DNA of 63,481 bases, filler included, from Perkinsus chesapeaki ATCC PRA-425 (Eukaryota; Protista; Perkinsozoa), in the NCBI GenBank assembly GCA_013115145.1. It is 13 parts of 13 records of this genome, joined end to end, with 100 filler letters (N's around TTAATTAATTAA, not from the genome) between each part and the next. Parts side by side here need not be neighbours in the genome. Positions count along the whole stretch, not along the records: positions 34,656 to 39,319 come from JAAPAO010001243.1; positions 39,420 to 40,849 come from JAAPAO010001962.1; positions 40,950 to 42,048 come from JAAPAO010002206.1; positions 42,149 to 54,182 come from JAAPAO010000829.1; 9 more parts are not named here. One strand, given 5' to 3'. The translations under genes were made by a program, and so were the position numbers. How positions within the stretch are numbered: the first letter of the stretch is position 1; every line of letters begins with the position of its first letter. Shown piece after piece: positions 35,068 to 46,989 of this stretch. Below the pieces are notes generated by a model. That model had not been told where the DNA came from, did not search any database, and was given only the letters and a program-made list of their open reading frames with translations.

Positions 35068-37414
35068 TCAAAAACCACGAATCAAAATGAGCACAATAAA
35101 CAACGGCATTTTCAATGATAATCTCATTTGACTAGCCGCGCCGGTACATCTGTCAGCTTGTGCTACTCGCCCCTGGCACATGGCACTTGGAAATTGCTGG
35201 AGCAGAGGGCTTACTTGAAATGGCCAACCAGATGAGCATATTGTTTCTGCAGTCTTAATATCAAACTTACATGCCTGGAAGTATTTCAAACAGTCAGCAG
35301 TACAAAGATTGTAGGAGCTGTCGTGTTGAGTTGACGCCGACTCGTTGCACCTAATCATAAGGCGAACGCGCTATATAAAGTATCTCCTCCAGCCCCAGCT
35401 GTCAACTAGACGGATTGAAGGCTTCTCGCGGGGAGAGCTTCATGAAATATTGTCAAGGTATATGCAAAGTGAAGTAGACTGCTTGGAGCGGAAATGGTAA
35501 ATTCCCTCTTCCGTCCAACTTCCCACTTCGGTCTGTCGCCACAAATACATGTTAAAAATGAGTATTTAGGAAGTTGAGAGACAAACGCATCTTAACGCTT
35601 TACGAGCTTCTGTAGCAACCTACTTCGGGAAGTTAATTCTGCAAACGGCGGATCTGAAAGCCTCGACACACTCAATATTCTGACTAAACCGAACCTGCAA
35701 GAATGAGAAATGTGAAAGTTTTATCATTGCCCTCGTTCACTTCAACAAGCTGATCTCCGTTCTCTGACATTTCTCTTGCCATTCTCTCATCTATGGTCTG
35801 CTTGAATGCCAACTCGATTGCCTCATCCTTTGCCGTGACATGCCAGTCTGGCCACAGTGGCTGCCAGGCAAAGATATGCAGGCTGATGGATGCAGTACAC
35901 AATTCGAGCTCCAAAGTTTGCAAAATCGCACTAGGGCAGCACTAGGAGAGCTTCAAGGTGTACGGTGACATTTTATATGCTATATACACTGTTGTTGTGT
36001 CCCAGTCTGCGCCACGCTCGGTATTTCTGGGAGCAGCAGTCCAAGTTAGTGACGCTAACTACAACATGAAGGTTACCGTGGTTTAAAATGCGATAAGTTG
36101 AGTAGAGGGGCTGCTTAATTCATTGGAGTGGTCATATTGATGCTTATCTATATGCTTGAGGTCACTCGATACGATATCCAAGACACTTCGCGTTACGCAG
36201 GGACTCCCTGCCAGGGAGGCTCTAAACTCAGGCGCAATTTTTCTGTTATACTATATTCAAGCGCCGCAGAGTCGACGTTGATTCTTCCCATCTACTCAAA
36301 TAGGTATATTGGAGACCCTCTTACCTGTTGTGGTGGAATGCATGCCTGGTAGAACACATAGTCCTTGCAAAATGAGATGTGATGTTTGTAGTAGGACGGT
36401 GGCACGCACACTCCGGTGTATCTACCCAGCAATGTCCAGCAGCAGTTTGGTAGTAGCAGACCACTACACGCCGGAACCAACTGGCAGATCACATAAAGGA
36501 TATTCGGAATCAACCGACCGTTCGATCGGGACGTAATCGGTCAAATCAATAGCTTGATAGAATCCGTTGATGTCCACTTGATTGCCTGACCTCAGTGTTC
36601 AACGGCGCTTAGTTTGGAGAAGAGCTACCTTCCGAGTCGTAGAGGAGTTGCTTGGCTGTCTCATTCGCATTCGTTTGTGCTCTTGTCAAGGGGAGAAAAG
36701 ATATGATCAGAAGGATAAACATAGAATCAAGTCCTAACAGTGTGCTCACAGGATTCGACGATAGCAACAGTTATCCATAGTGTAACATTGCAGAAGGTAG
36801 CTTCCGCACCTACAAGTAGAGACGCGGCGTCGCCCGCCAGCTCTCTGTTAGCACAGGCGGTAGTGTTAAGCGGAGAGTCCTCCAAAAGCTTCCACAGCAG
36901 TGGGAGGGTGAGTTTGACAATCAACCATGGGAATTGTTACTAGGGGGATTAGTGCATGCGCAGGCAATGATTGCCACAAAGACGATTATCGTCTTTGCGT
37001 TAGACGGGAGATGTGAACGCATGCACAAGGGGTGGGCCCTCGTTATTTTAGCTTCTGAAACGTATGCAGTTACGGCATTTGGATCAGCTGCTGAGTGATG
37101 GGTGTTGTAATATGCTGATGATCAGAGATCATGAGCATAACACAGAGGCAAAGCATCCCAGGCAACAAACTCGTAGAGGTGCTTCTGCAGTAGTCTAGTG
37201 CCAGTAGAGGCGAAGGCGCTCAAGTACCTAGTAGACAACCACTCGGTGACACCAGGATTGTATGCAGATCAACTCGTTAGCTATAGTAAACAGATAATAT
37301 GATGTTATTCAGAAAACTGGTCCAGACGCTTAACGGGACTCCAGGAGACTATTCACTGACTGCAGCAGGCCTTGAGCGGTAGAAGATAGTTAACAGACAA
37401 ATTCGACAACACAT
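35068..37414 (-). CDS. Multi-exon protein with Frizzled-type cysteine-rich domain and hydrophobic C-terminus; 5' exons tentative
   Basis: Exons give SFCKDYVFYQACIPPQQ | PLWPDWHVTAKDEAIELAFKQTIDERMARE...LVE | VRFSQNIECVEAFRSAVCRINFPK | CNE...YNLCTADCLKYFQAC...CTGAASQMRLSLKMPLFIVLILIRGF*. Confidence 0.6.
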
Positions 37415-37556
37415 TCCAGGGTCCTCCTTTACCGACTGTATAGCTCTGACGCCCTGCATGCACTTTTGGTTACGCTGAGCTGAGAAAGACTTTCGTAGAA
37501 CCCGGAACCGTTGTCGAGGACTTTCAGAAACTCATTCTCTTAAGATCAACGTGGCT

Positions 37557-38014
37557 ATGATGATGAAGCAAGTCTTGTTTGTGCTGGTCTTAATCATCGA
37601 TTTGGTGATGCCCAACCCGCTGACGGTCTGGCCTTCAGGTTGCGCTACGTCTATTTGGCTGAACTGGTAGTCGATGTTTACTTCGCCTTTCTACCGACGT
37701 TACCGGACGACGACCATGATCGATTTAGAATCGGAGTTTCCACTACAGAGACGTATCTCACAATAACTGGGACCTTCCAGTTCGACCAAGCAGGTAAAGC
37801 TTTTACCCTCGAGCGGGCGGATAACACTCGCCAAACTTTCATCGAGCAGTTTAACAACCTAAACATTCCGGGATTTCATCTGGCTAGTACAGCTTTGCAA
37901 CAAGGTAGATTTAACTACGTGACGAGAAATCTTGAGATCGACATTGGCGATCCCGGTTATCCATTGGTCCTTCCGTTCTGGAACCTCGTTCCAGCTCTGG
38001 CGTGTGCAGGATGA
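37557..38014 (+). CDS. Small putative secreted protein; signal-peptide frame and body frame differ (intron or frameshift)
   Basis: MMMKQVLFVLVLIIDLVMP lies upstream and out of frame with the 124-aa body LRYVYLAELVVDVYFAF...LEIDIGDPGYPLVLPF. Confidence 0.45.
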
Positions 38015-38449
38015 CGACTTGCGCGTCTACCACGAATCGTTGAAGTTGCTAGCAAGGGATCCTTGAGACGGTTATACGATTCTGATTCGTTGAAGTGGTC
38101 TCTAATCATGTACAGTATCGCCCTACTACGTAGAGGCACCTCGTCATATCCTATCAGATATAATTGGCTCATCAGAGGGTACTTCTACTTTCATTAGAAA
38201 CAGTCTGAGTTGCGTTTCAGTTGTCTAACAAATAGTGCATTCGACTGGATTTTCATGTCGCGATGCATCATTCCATTTTTATCATTCCTTCCACTTTCCA
38301 TATCGTTCAACTTTGACCTTTTTCTGCACGACATGTAATTCGTCGAAGTAAAACTCGCTTGATGGTAGCAAGTTTATTCTTAGGCAAATAATGAGTGCAC
38401 TGAATCAGTGGCTAACATAAGCATATTAACGGATGGCAAATGTGCGTGT

Positions 38450-38670
38450 GAACCGCTGTGTGTGCTCACCCTGACGAGTTCCCAAAGAGCACAGAACTAC
38501 TCGATAGACAAGATCACAGAGATTGAGATTCCCGATTCGGAAGCCTACCCGCAAGAATGAGGAATATGTGGGCTTCGGGTTTGCCCTCGTCAACTAGTTG
38601 ATCTACGTTCTCTGGCATTCCTCTTGCCATTCTTGCATCTATGGCCTCCTTGAATACCAACTCGTAGCTG
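38450..38670 (-). pseudogene. Decayed paralog fragment of the CRD gene at 35068-37414
   Basis: 38580-38660 resembles 35725-35815 (ELVFKEAIDARMARGM vs ELAFKQTIDERMAREM). The matching splice acceptor TTCTTGCAG is changed to TTCTTGCGG, and frameshifts follow. Confidence 0.55.
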
Positions 38671-39419
38671 GCAATCTTAGGAGTAGCAAGTTGCTACTAG
38701 CAACTCGTGGCTAAAGGACAATACCCCCACAATGATACTCTCACTGACAAAAGCTAATGAATGTGGATAAAGGTCACGAGGAGTTCTCGAAAACGAGGAT
38801 CTCCTCATCACGCGTAATGTTTGTTAACTGGTGGAGCACAACCCAGACTCTGACGAACAATGGTATTAATAATATCTGAGGTTCATAGTGTGAACTATCG
38901 TTGAACGTAGAATGTCTTTTCTTAAATTATATCATAATAGGTCTATAGAAGGATTGAATATCAGATGGATAGGTTAGCTAACGTAGTCACCGAGTAATAT
39001 ACTGTAACCATTTAAGGTCTTTAAATTAAAGATTATTGTCTGTGAAGGATCGCCGTTGGGAAAGGCTCATTAGAACCACCCCTTTGACCACTTGAACCTT
39101 TAACAGTTCTCTAACCGTTAGAGTCTAACGGTTACCCCCTACACTTCACATGGCAGCTTCACCACACCTTCTATAGAGGTGACATGACATGTCTTTCTCG
39201 CTCGCCAATAATCATGTAGATCTCCCAATGTAACGGTTCTGAGACGGTTCGGTTCTGAGAAACCAGCCTTTTAATTAAGTATAATTATTATCTGTATTCA
39301 ATCAGTAATCATGCCTAACNNNNNNNNNNNNNNNNNNNNNNNNNNNNNNNNNNNNNNNNNNNNTTAATTAATTAANNNNNNNNNNNNNNNNNNNNNNNNN
39401 NNNNNNNNNNNNNNNNNNN

Positions 39420-39501
39420 ATAATATAATATACGTTAATAAGGGAAGGGAACGATATAATATAATATACGTTAATAAGGGAAGGGAACGATATAATATAA
39501 T
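39420..39501. repeat. 36-bp minisatellite at contig start (2.3 copies visible)
   Basis: ATAATATAATATACGTTAATAAGGGAAGGGAACGAT x2 plus a partial copy. Confidence 0.9.
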
Positions 39502-39559
39502 CTGATTAAATCAACATGGGAATTTCATTTTGTGCGCTAACACTTCGCGCGCCTTAAAA

Positions 39560-40320
39560 TTCAGTGACTAACGGGCTGCTGTTCAGTTTGTTACTGCCAG
39601 TTAAATACATGCCCAAATTTGTCGGAATTGATTCCTCTGAACACGATTCCAGAATAGAATCTGAGAATTCATTCTGGAATGTATTTTGGCCAAGTTTAAA
39701 ATGTCGTGTGAAATTCTCCGAAAGCCGACATAATTTACATGTATGTAGTCGCCGAATTAATCCCCGCATCATTGGCAAGGTAAACTCTAGCATCAATCTG
39801 GCTTCATTTGTAGTGGAATATTTATTGGTCGGACGTAAAGTGAACTAATGTAGAAGATACGCTCTCTTATGCTACTGGGAGATGAAAGGACTCTTCCTAA
39901 TTCGGCAAACTTGCCCGAGGTTTATTAATTTCTATGTTTTCAAAATGCGCACGATACAACCTATAAACAAAATGATAGGAAATATGGGTGGATAACCATC
40001 TTGTATATAACACAATACGGCAATTACTATATTGTTACTAGTATACCTCCGACATATTTGTAATGATGTGATTCAGAATGATATATTTAGATTAAAGTGA
40101 TATAATCAACTGCAACTTTTGTTATCTAACTAATAACATATCTTTCAGAGCATGTAATTGTGTCCGGCGAAGGATCAGTGGCAACAACCTTCTGCCGTGA
40201 TCATGTTATTGTCTTTTACGAACAATTGTCATATTCTTTAGTTAGTCTTGGAAAGTATATTCGTGCTTCAGACCGAATACGTGATTGTTTGGATCCATGG
40301 TGCTCTCTGTTGATATCAAA
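39560..40320 (-). mobile_element. Highly decayed LTR-retrotransposon integrase relic
   Basis: Broken frames give REHHGSKQSRIRSEARIYFPRLTKNM (zinc-binding domain-like), HFTSDQ and LPMMRGLIRRLH (resembling PQxNGLIERLH); many stops. Confidence 0.45.
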
Positions 40321-40777
40321 TTACAATGAGAAAAATATTAATATTAGAGAGTAATTAATATATTATATAATCAATGACAATGACAATAATATTATAAAAT
40401 ATTAATTCAAAGCCGAAAAATATTCTCTTTGCCTTGACGAGATTCTCGCTAATACGAATCCTTTTCGATTGTTGTCAGTTTGTCATCATGATTTGTGGTA
40501 TAATCCGTATCTCTCGTTTATTCATCTTATCTCTTGTAACACGTATCTCGTCTGCCGCCACTTCGGAAGGCTCTACAGAAGGCTATATGATGTTGTATGA
40601 AATAGTGCTGCCTGCTGGACGATTAGTGCTGGCGTGGGTTATTATGTCGGTTATTATTGGAATAATATTCATAAGGTTATAATGGGGAAGGGTGCTTGGG
40701 AAGATGTCAAATGTTCACGGAAAGGATATGCTTGATATTCTAGTGACAGTTTATGTTTCTATTATACTAGGGGAATG

Positions 40778-40849
40778 TTCCTATCAAACTCCTTTCTATT
40801 ATATCTCCTCCTCCGTATCACTAGTAACATATTTCCTATCAAACTCCTT
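40778..40849. repeat. 55-bp minisatellite at contig end
   Basis: Unit ATATTTCCTATCAAACTCCTTTCTATTATATCTCCTCCTCCGTATCACTAGTAAC; runs into the spacer. Confidence 0.9.
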
Positions 40850-42148
40850 NNNNNNNNNNNNNNNNNNNNNNNNNNNNNNNNNNNNNNNNNNNNTTAATTA
40901 ATTAANNNNNNNNNNNNNNNNNNNNNNNNNNNNNNNNNNNNNNNNNNNNGGCCTAGGCTCGGAAAGCGTAATTGTTTAATGCCAGGGAGCGCCTTCTATA
41001 ACGCCTTCTGATGGGCACGAATACACAGACGATGCCTGTTTATTTGAGAGAGATGACGGCGAAATGTGAGTCAAACTCACCGCATTTCATGTCGTTGGAA
41101 TGCGATGGCCAGGCCGCCTGGAGAGCCACTCACGAAAAAACGAAAGTTGGGAGGTCTGGAGGAATGTGCTAACAAGGTACGAGGGAACTAGGTACTGCTA
41201 ATATTATACTTGCCTATCCTAATTACATTAGCTATATCATAATATTAATATAATATTGCCTAAGGTTCCTAGCTCACGTAGCAAAGCGAATGTAACCAGC
41301 AAATCCAGCTGCAAACCAGATGAGGGCAGGAAGAAAAGCAAGTAGGTCTCCAGGCAGGAGGCTGTTCAGCAGCCGTTGTTGCTCGTAACATTCTTTCTGA
41401 TGGAGAACTGTCCAGCGGTCCGCCTAAGCCGCCTGTCCGGGTTAGGTCTCGTCCCATCCCTAAACCTGGTTCGTCATCATCCAGCACGTCCCAGGTAAGC
41501 AATAACATGTCTGAAAGTCAAGCAAGAAATCGATGTTTCAACACAGTGTAAGCTACCTCAAAATGTATGTGTAGTGTAGTTACTAACGCTCAGGCCACCT
41601 TTGGCATTGACTCCCAAAAATAGGAAGTATACTCGCTCGAGAAAGGATGAGAGCAATGTAGACGCGTGGGCTCTGCGGTATATAGTACATAAAGCGCATA
41701 TATAGCGTTACGCTATTAGTGTATGTAAGTGATGTAATGCTGAAAATACGTTTCAGATTGAAACTCTGAGGGTATACGTGTTATGCATAAAGGACATATA
41801 CCCATCGATTAGTAGACCTTAGTTGTTCTCAAAACCTAAGGCATCACGAGCGGCTAAAATTGTGTTGCGCAGTGTATATCATATAGTGTCTAGTATATAG
41901 TATAAACGTAATTATGAACAATATTGAGTTCTTTCTTATAGGTCCTCTTTCCATCGCGCCCGATCGGGCATCCAGTGTCCTCAAGAAAAGAAATGACAGC
42001 AGATGATTTTCCGGTGGATCATCGTTCAAAGGCTTCCTTAAAGGTCCANNNNNNNNNNNNNNNNNNNNNNNNNNNNNNNNNNNNNNNNNNNNTTAATTAA
42101 TTAANNNNNNNNNNNNNNNNNNNNNNNNNNNNNNNNNNNNNNNNNNNN

Positions 42149-42248
42149 CGATATTACTTATATTCATTTATTACTTATACGATATTACTTATATTCATTT
42201 ATTACTTATACGATATTACTTATATTCATTTATTACTTATACGATATT
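42149..42248. repeat. 31-bp AT-rich minisatellite at contig start (3.2 copies)
   Basis: CGATATTACTTATATTCATTTATTACTTATA x3 plus CGATATT. Confidence 0.92.
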
Positions 42249-44042
42249 CATTTCCCCCTTTCAATAGCTACCTTTTCTAAAGCTATAAACCACACTGCCT
42301 TCTAATACAACATATCTTCTCTTAAATACTCTAGTAACTCTACTTCTCTTTTGTAACCAATTCTGATAAGGCGGCGGTGAGGAACAGTCCTCTGTGGCGA
42401 ACATAAAGGGTGAGATACTACCAATCAAAAAACTCCATTTTTACAAGGAATATCTTCACGGTAAAGAGTGTTATACATCACTATAGGATGTTTACAATGT
42501 AGCTTATTCATCACCAATATATAATCAGGAATCTATAACACTCTGAGCTCAGAACTCCGACTGACAAAACACCGTCGGAAATCATCCCTGAAAGCTCTCC
42601 TGTGAGTCTATAAACTATACACCAACCACAATAGAATAGATAACATTTTACATGTTTACGAAGATAAATATGTGAAATATGTACGAAGATAATAAATCGA
42701 TCAACCGTTTCATTCTAATGGAAGCAGCAGCCTCGTCTTCCACCAGGCAACAACAGCTATACGATATAGAGTTGAATTTACATCTTACGTTCAACCCCCG
42801 TACATAATCCCTCCGATATCCTACCCTTCCACCCCCCTATAATAAAGATATCTTTCTACTTCCCTAGCACCCCAAGCTGCAACTTACTAATGACACTATG
42901 AAAACTAAACACTATAAGCCATTCACTGGCAGTCTTTACTGTACACTTTAGGCTGGTATATGGATAGATGAAAAAACAGTGATGAAATCAATCGAGTTTT
43001 CTTCTTCGCTGCACCTTCTCTACAGTCTCAGGCTCACTCTCGGGCACGCTGGGAACCGATGGTCGGAGAATCGCGCAAAACAATAGCCAGAAACCTGCCA
43101 AGTGAAAGTGACAGAAATGCGTGGGTGGAATTCCCACCTATCAGAGAGCCGATGCCGGCCGCAATTGAGAACATATTAGCCATTCGATTGCTGTGGTCCA
43201 CTGAATCTATTATCCGCTCGCACGATTTTGTGCGGAAAAGTATCTCGGGCTGAAAAAAAGATAAAGTGAAAGAAGTGCAAAAATGTAACAACATTCGAAA
43301 CGCGTGGCTCCTTATGCAGATCTCAAACGCTGTGAAAGATTCCTCCCACTTGGAAGGCCCCAGCGGGCTGCACATCCACCGATAGGGGAATGTCAGCTGT
43401 GCAGGGGCACTGAAACACTTGCACTTCGAGTTTCTATGCCCTAGTTCGATTAAACTTTCTAGCCCCTATGCGGTAGTCTTTGGCAAGTATCAGCCTGCCG
43501 CATGACAAAGTATTTATTCGACCAAATGGGCGGACGACTCCTCGAAGTATCTGCTTACCTTAGCGGCTTGATCAACTCCCCTCTGCCTATCAAAGATCTC
43601 CGCAGTTATCCTTCCAATAATATGTGTTTGTCTGACTCTGAAATAGGAAACCAATCCACAGCTGGCTCGGAGAGTTGTGCTCCTCCACGTCTACGGAGAA
43701 GCTATCAAGAAGCCCTACAGTGGGGAACTCTATCGAATATTTTTTCTCAAGGAACCCCACTGCATTAACCACTTGGTCCTTCTGAAATTATTGAAGCCAC
43801 CCCTTAAACAGGTGTACAGTGTTAGCATACTGTTCCCACACACATCATTGCAAATAGATACTGTAGCTGCAAACTGATAGACAGTATTTTAATAGAATAT
43901 TTAGAAAGGACCTTTGCGCCGATACGGTCAGAAATCGGGATTTCTTTCCTACGTTTGCAGAACCTGTTGACGTTTGTCTGCCAGCTGCAATGCTTCGTAC
44001 ATGCACACTGATCGAGAGCAATCGTTCCTGAAAACAAAAAAG

Positions 44043-44114
44043 ATCCAGCAGAGATTCGAACCCACGACTTTAGGAACGAAAGACGAGAAGGTTAACCTAT
44101 TACACTGTCTTTTT
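44043..44114 (-). pseudogene. tRNA-like relic or SINE head
   Basis: Minus strand GTGTAATAGGTTAAC...GTGGGTTCGAATCTCTGCTGGATC followed by T6. Has a B-box and a Pol III-type terminator, but the acceptor stem does not pair. Confidence 0.35.
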
Positions 44115-45010
44115 GATAGATGGGTCATAGACCGTACAAGAGATGTTGGTGGCTTGTACTGTGGCATTAACGTTGCTCAGTGCCTGAGAAACATTCAGGG
44201 ACAGGACCATCTAGCAGCGACATGGGGAGAATGGACTTAACTAGGGGCATGTGAAACTACGAGTTTTTTGTGGCACTTCAATGACAGCGTAGCTACTACT
44301 ATGTCATATTTGAGTGCAACTTCCTTTACTCAGAATTCACTTAATTCAGAGCAAAGGGAGCTTGAATTCAATTCAAATGCGGGATTCAATCCCCCAGCCT
44401 CACCTTGAGAGCTTCCGCCTTCGCTGGGCTGATCTCGTACCGGAAAAGATAGTGATAATGCATCCTAACAATAAACACTGTCCGTCTGACCATGGTATAG
44501 CTTACCGGCTCAGAGCAACATCCATAGCTGCTACGCATACTAATAATACTATTGTAGCCAACAGGGCCTTAGGCCAACTGAAAGACCTAAAAAGAACAGT
44601 TGGAGCGTGAGTATAAAGTATAGAGGGAAAGTTGTTATACTTGCCCAAGTGAAGTTAAAAACAGGATAACGTATGACAAGCCACGACAGACACCAACGGC
44701 AACATTTTTTGATATTGAGGTTGTTGCCAGAGTAGCAAGTCAAAGGCTCTGCCAGAAGAGGACAGAATGCAACGCACGGAGTTCCTCATCCGATTAGATT
44801 CGATTCGAATCTTAAGCGATGAGACGTCTCATACAAGGGTGTATAAGTCTCCTCAACGAGTCGATCTTCACCGGCCACCTCGCCGCTGCCACTGGGATAG
44901 CGTCGAACTGGCGAGTCGCCAGTGGCGACTGCGAATTCGGTGTTCAGTTCGGCACGAACTGGAGCGAGTTTCAAGTATAAAAACTTCAGCGAGTTGAGTC
45001 TGAAAATCAG

Positions 45011-45253
45011 TCAGATATCGGTGGGTTTTTCTACAACCCGTGTAGCATAGAATGGCTCAGTGACTTTAATGTGCCTTTCGATAACGGAGCACCAACGGTA
45101 GCTGTTCCCGTCGGGCCGTACATCAACACGATGACCCAAGGCATTCCAAGCTACCGAAGTACGTGGAATGTCATCGCGTGACAGTTGGTCGCCGATGATA
45201 ATATCGACGCCGGAGAGGTGAAACGCGCGAATGCAACGATTGCTCCTATCCAT
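45011..45253 (-). mobile_element. Decayed retroelement RNase H C-terminus
   Basis: AFHLSGVDIIIGDQLSR resembles the H..G..N..AD.LSR motif that ends LTR-element RNase H. Confidence 0.4.
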
Positions 45254-46989
45254 CGCAGATAATCCAGCTAAAAGATCTGAAAGATCTTTTAGCTTCTATA
45301 TTAGATCTCCTATATTCTGCCGAAGACCGCAGAATATCGAGCAGCAGAGTCACCTTCTTGGCCGCCTTCCTGTCTAGATAGACGAATGTAACGGTTTACC
45401 GTTTGCTCCTCGCACCGATTAAACTTTATGACACCACGAATATAATTCGGCTAAATGGCAGCGAAGATCAATCATCTGTCCTGGTTGTTCACCTGTGCGA
45501 TCGGGTGGGTCAGATTGGCAGATTAACTTGTGACACCAGCAGTATGATAAAGCTTCTCGAATTCACAGAGGACCACATTCACATTAGCTTGTTTCGATAC
45601 TTCTCTAAGCGACAAATATACGATAACGTTGGACAGGATCTACCCCAGCGCCTATCAAGTACGCTGACACCTATTTCACGCTGTCACTACCAGCGTGGTG
45701 GTACCATGATGACAATCATAGTTGAATGCTGCCAACTGAACTAGACGTCTTTGTTACAGGGAGAACAACACTTAATTGTGTTTAGATATAGTAATAGTTA
45801 GAATATGACCAATCGCACCGTTTTCCATCCTCAACTATCGGATTTTACAACAAAATTTCCACTTACCGTGTTACAGGTGGCTGTCTAGTACCACCCTGCT
45901 TAACGCCGTCCTTGGGTACTGCTGTCGCTGCCGATTCCGTAACGTGCTTGTCATGCTCACTTAATGATGCAGTGTTGTTCGGTGACCGAGGGGCTCGACG
46001 ACGAACGGGAACAGCTGCCATTACTTTGATTGATAAAACAAGAAGAAAATACTGCAAGCATTTCCACAACCACGATCACCGGTAACACTGTTTTAATCTA
46101 TCTGAAACGCCCCAACAGCACGCATGCACACGCTTTCGTCAGTCTCTCCGCCGATCTCTCGTCCATCGGCTACCAAACCTTCCCACGTAATCTTTGATAT
46201 AGTCTCCTGAAGTGATGAAAGTGTCCCGCAGAAATCTGAGCAACTCATTCTATAGCACTATTATTAGAGTCATTTCGATAGTCACAGTACACAGCCTGCC
46301 ACAATACAATATGCCCGCCCGATAAACTACGAAGTTACGTGTCTCAGTAGCTTCTCGCATACCACGAAGTATGCGAGTCTGACGCCGGTTACCACGAAGT
46401 GTGGGAGTCTGACGCTTCAAAGGAGCTAAAGTACTTGGCTAGTACCACTAGCAAACATAATGAATAAGCATATTGTACTGTGCTCACGTTTTGGCGTCTC
46501 CTCATCACGTTTTTCAGGGCATGCAAAGTGCTAGCTAGCGGGATGTTACAGATAAAATAGTCTACTCGCACTCTTAGACAGCCCCACGCTTGTGAGGACG
46601 AATCACCCCTTACCGTGATCACTATAGCCAACGCTAGACTCCAGCAATGTAAAGTATTTCTTCCAGTAATACTGTAGATTATCAAACCCAATTGCAAATG
46701 GTATTGACACCATAAGTACGATAAGCCACAGCTTGTTGCCCTGCAGCAAGCACCAGTATGTGTTATAACATCCACCTCTCCATTAGCTCATCTCCACCTC
46801 TACTAGGAAGCACGCTCTGAACTGCTTGTGGATACCATGATCGATCGGAATGAAATTGCCCCAATACAGTGTATTACAGTAACGTTCAGATATCATTGCG
46901 AAGCATTATTTTCCATGCTGAAGGTAGATACAAATTTACTCAATTCTTATTCGGAATATGTAGAGGAAGTTTTTTCAACAAGAAATCCG

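Noticed and set aside
43500-43560. KWADD as a LINE reverse transcriptase YADD motif
   Set aside because: It is an isolated match with no flanking RT motifs in any frame.
46341-46396. Two 25-bp direct repeats (ACCACGAAGT.TG.GAGTCTGACGC) as a mini-CRISPR
   Set aside because: Only two copies about 4 bp apart; a simple local duplication.
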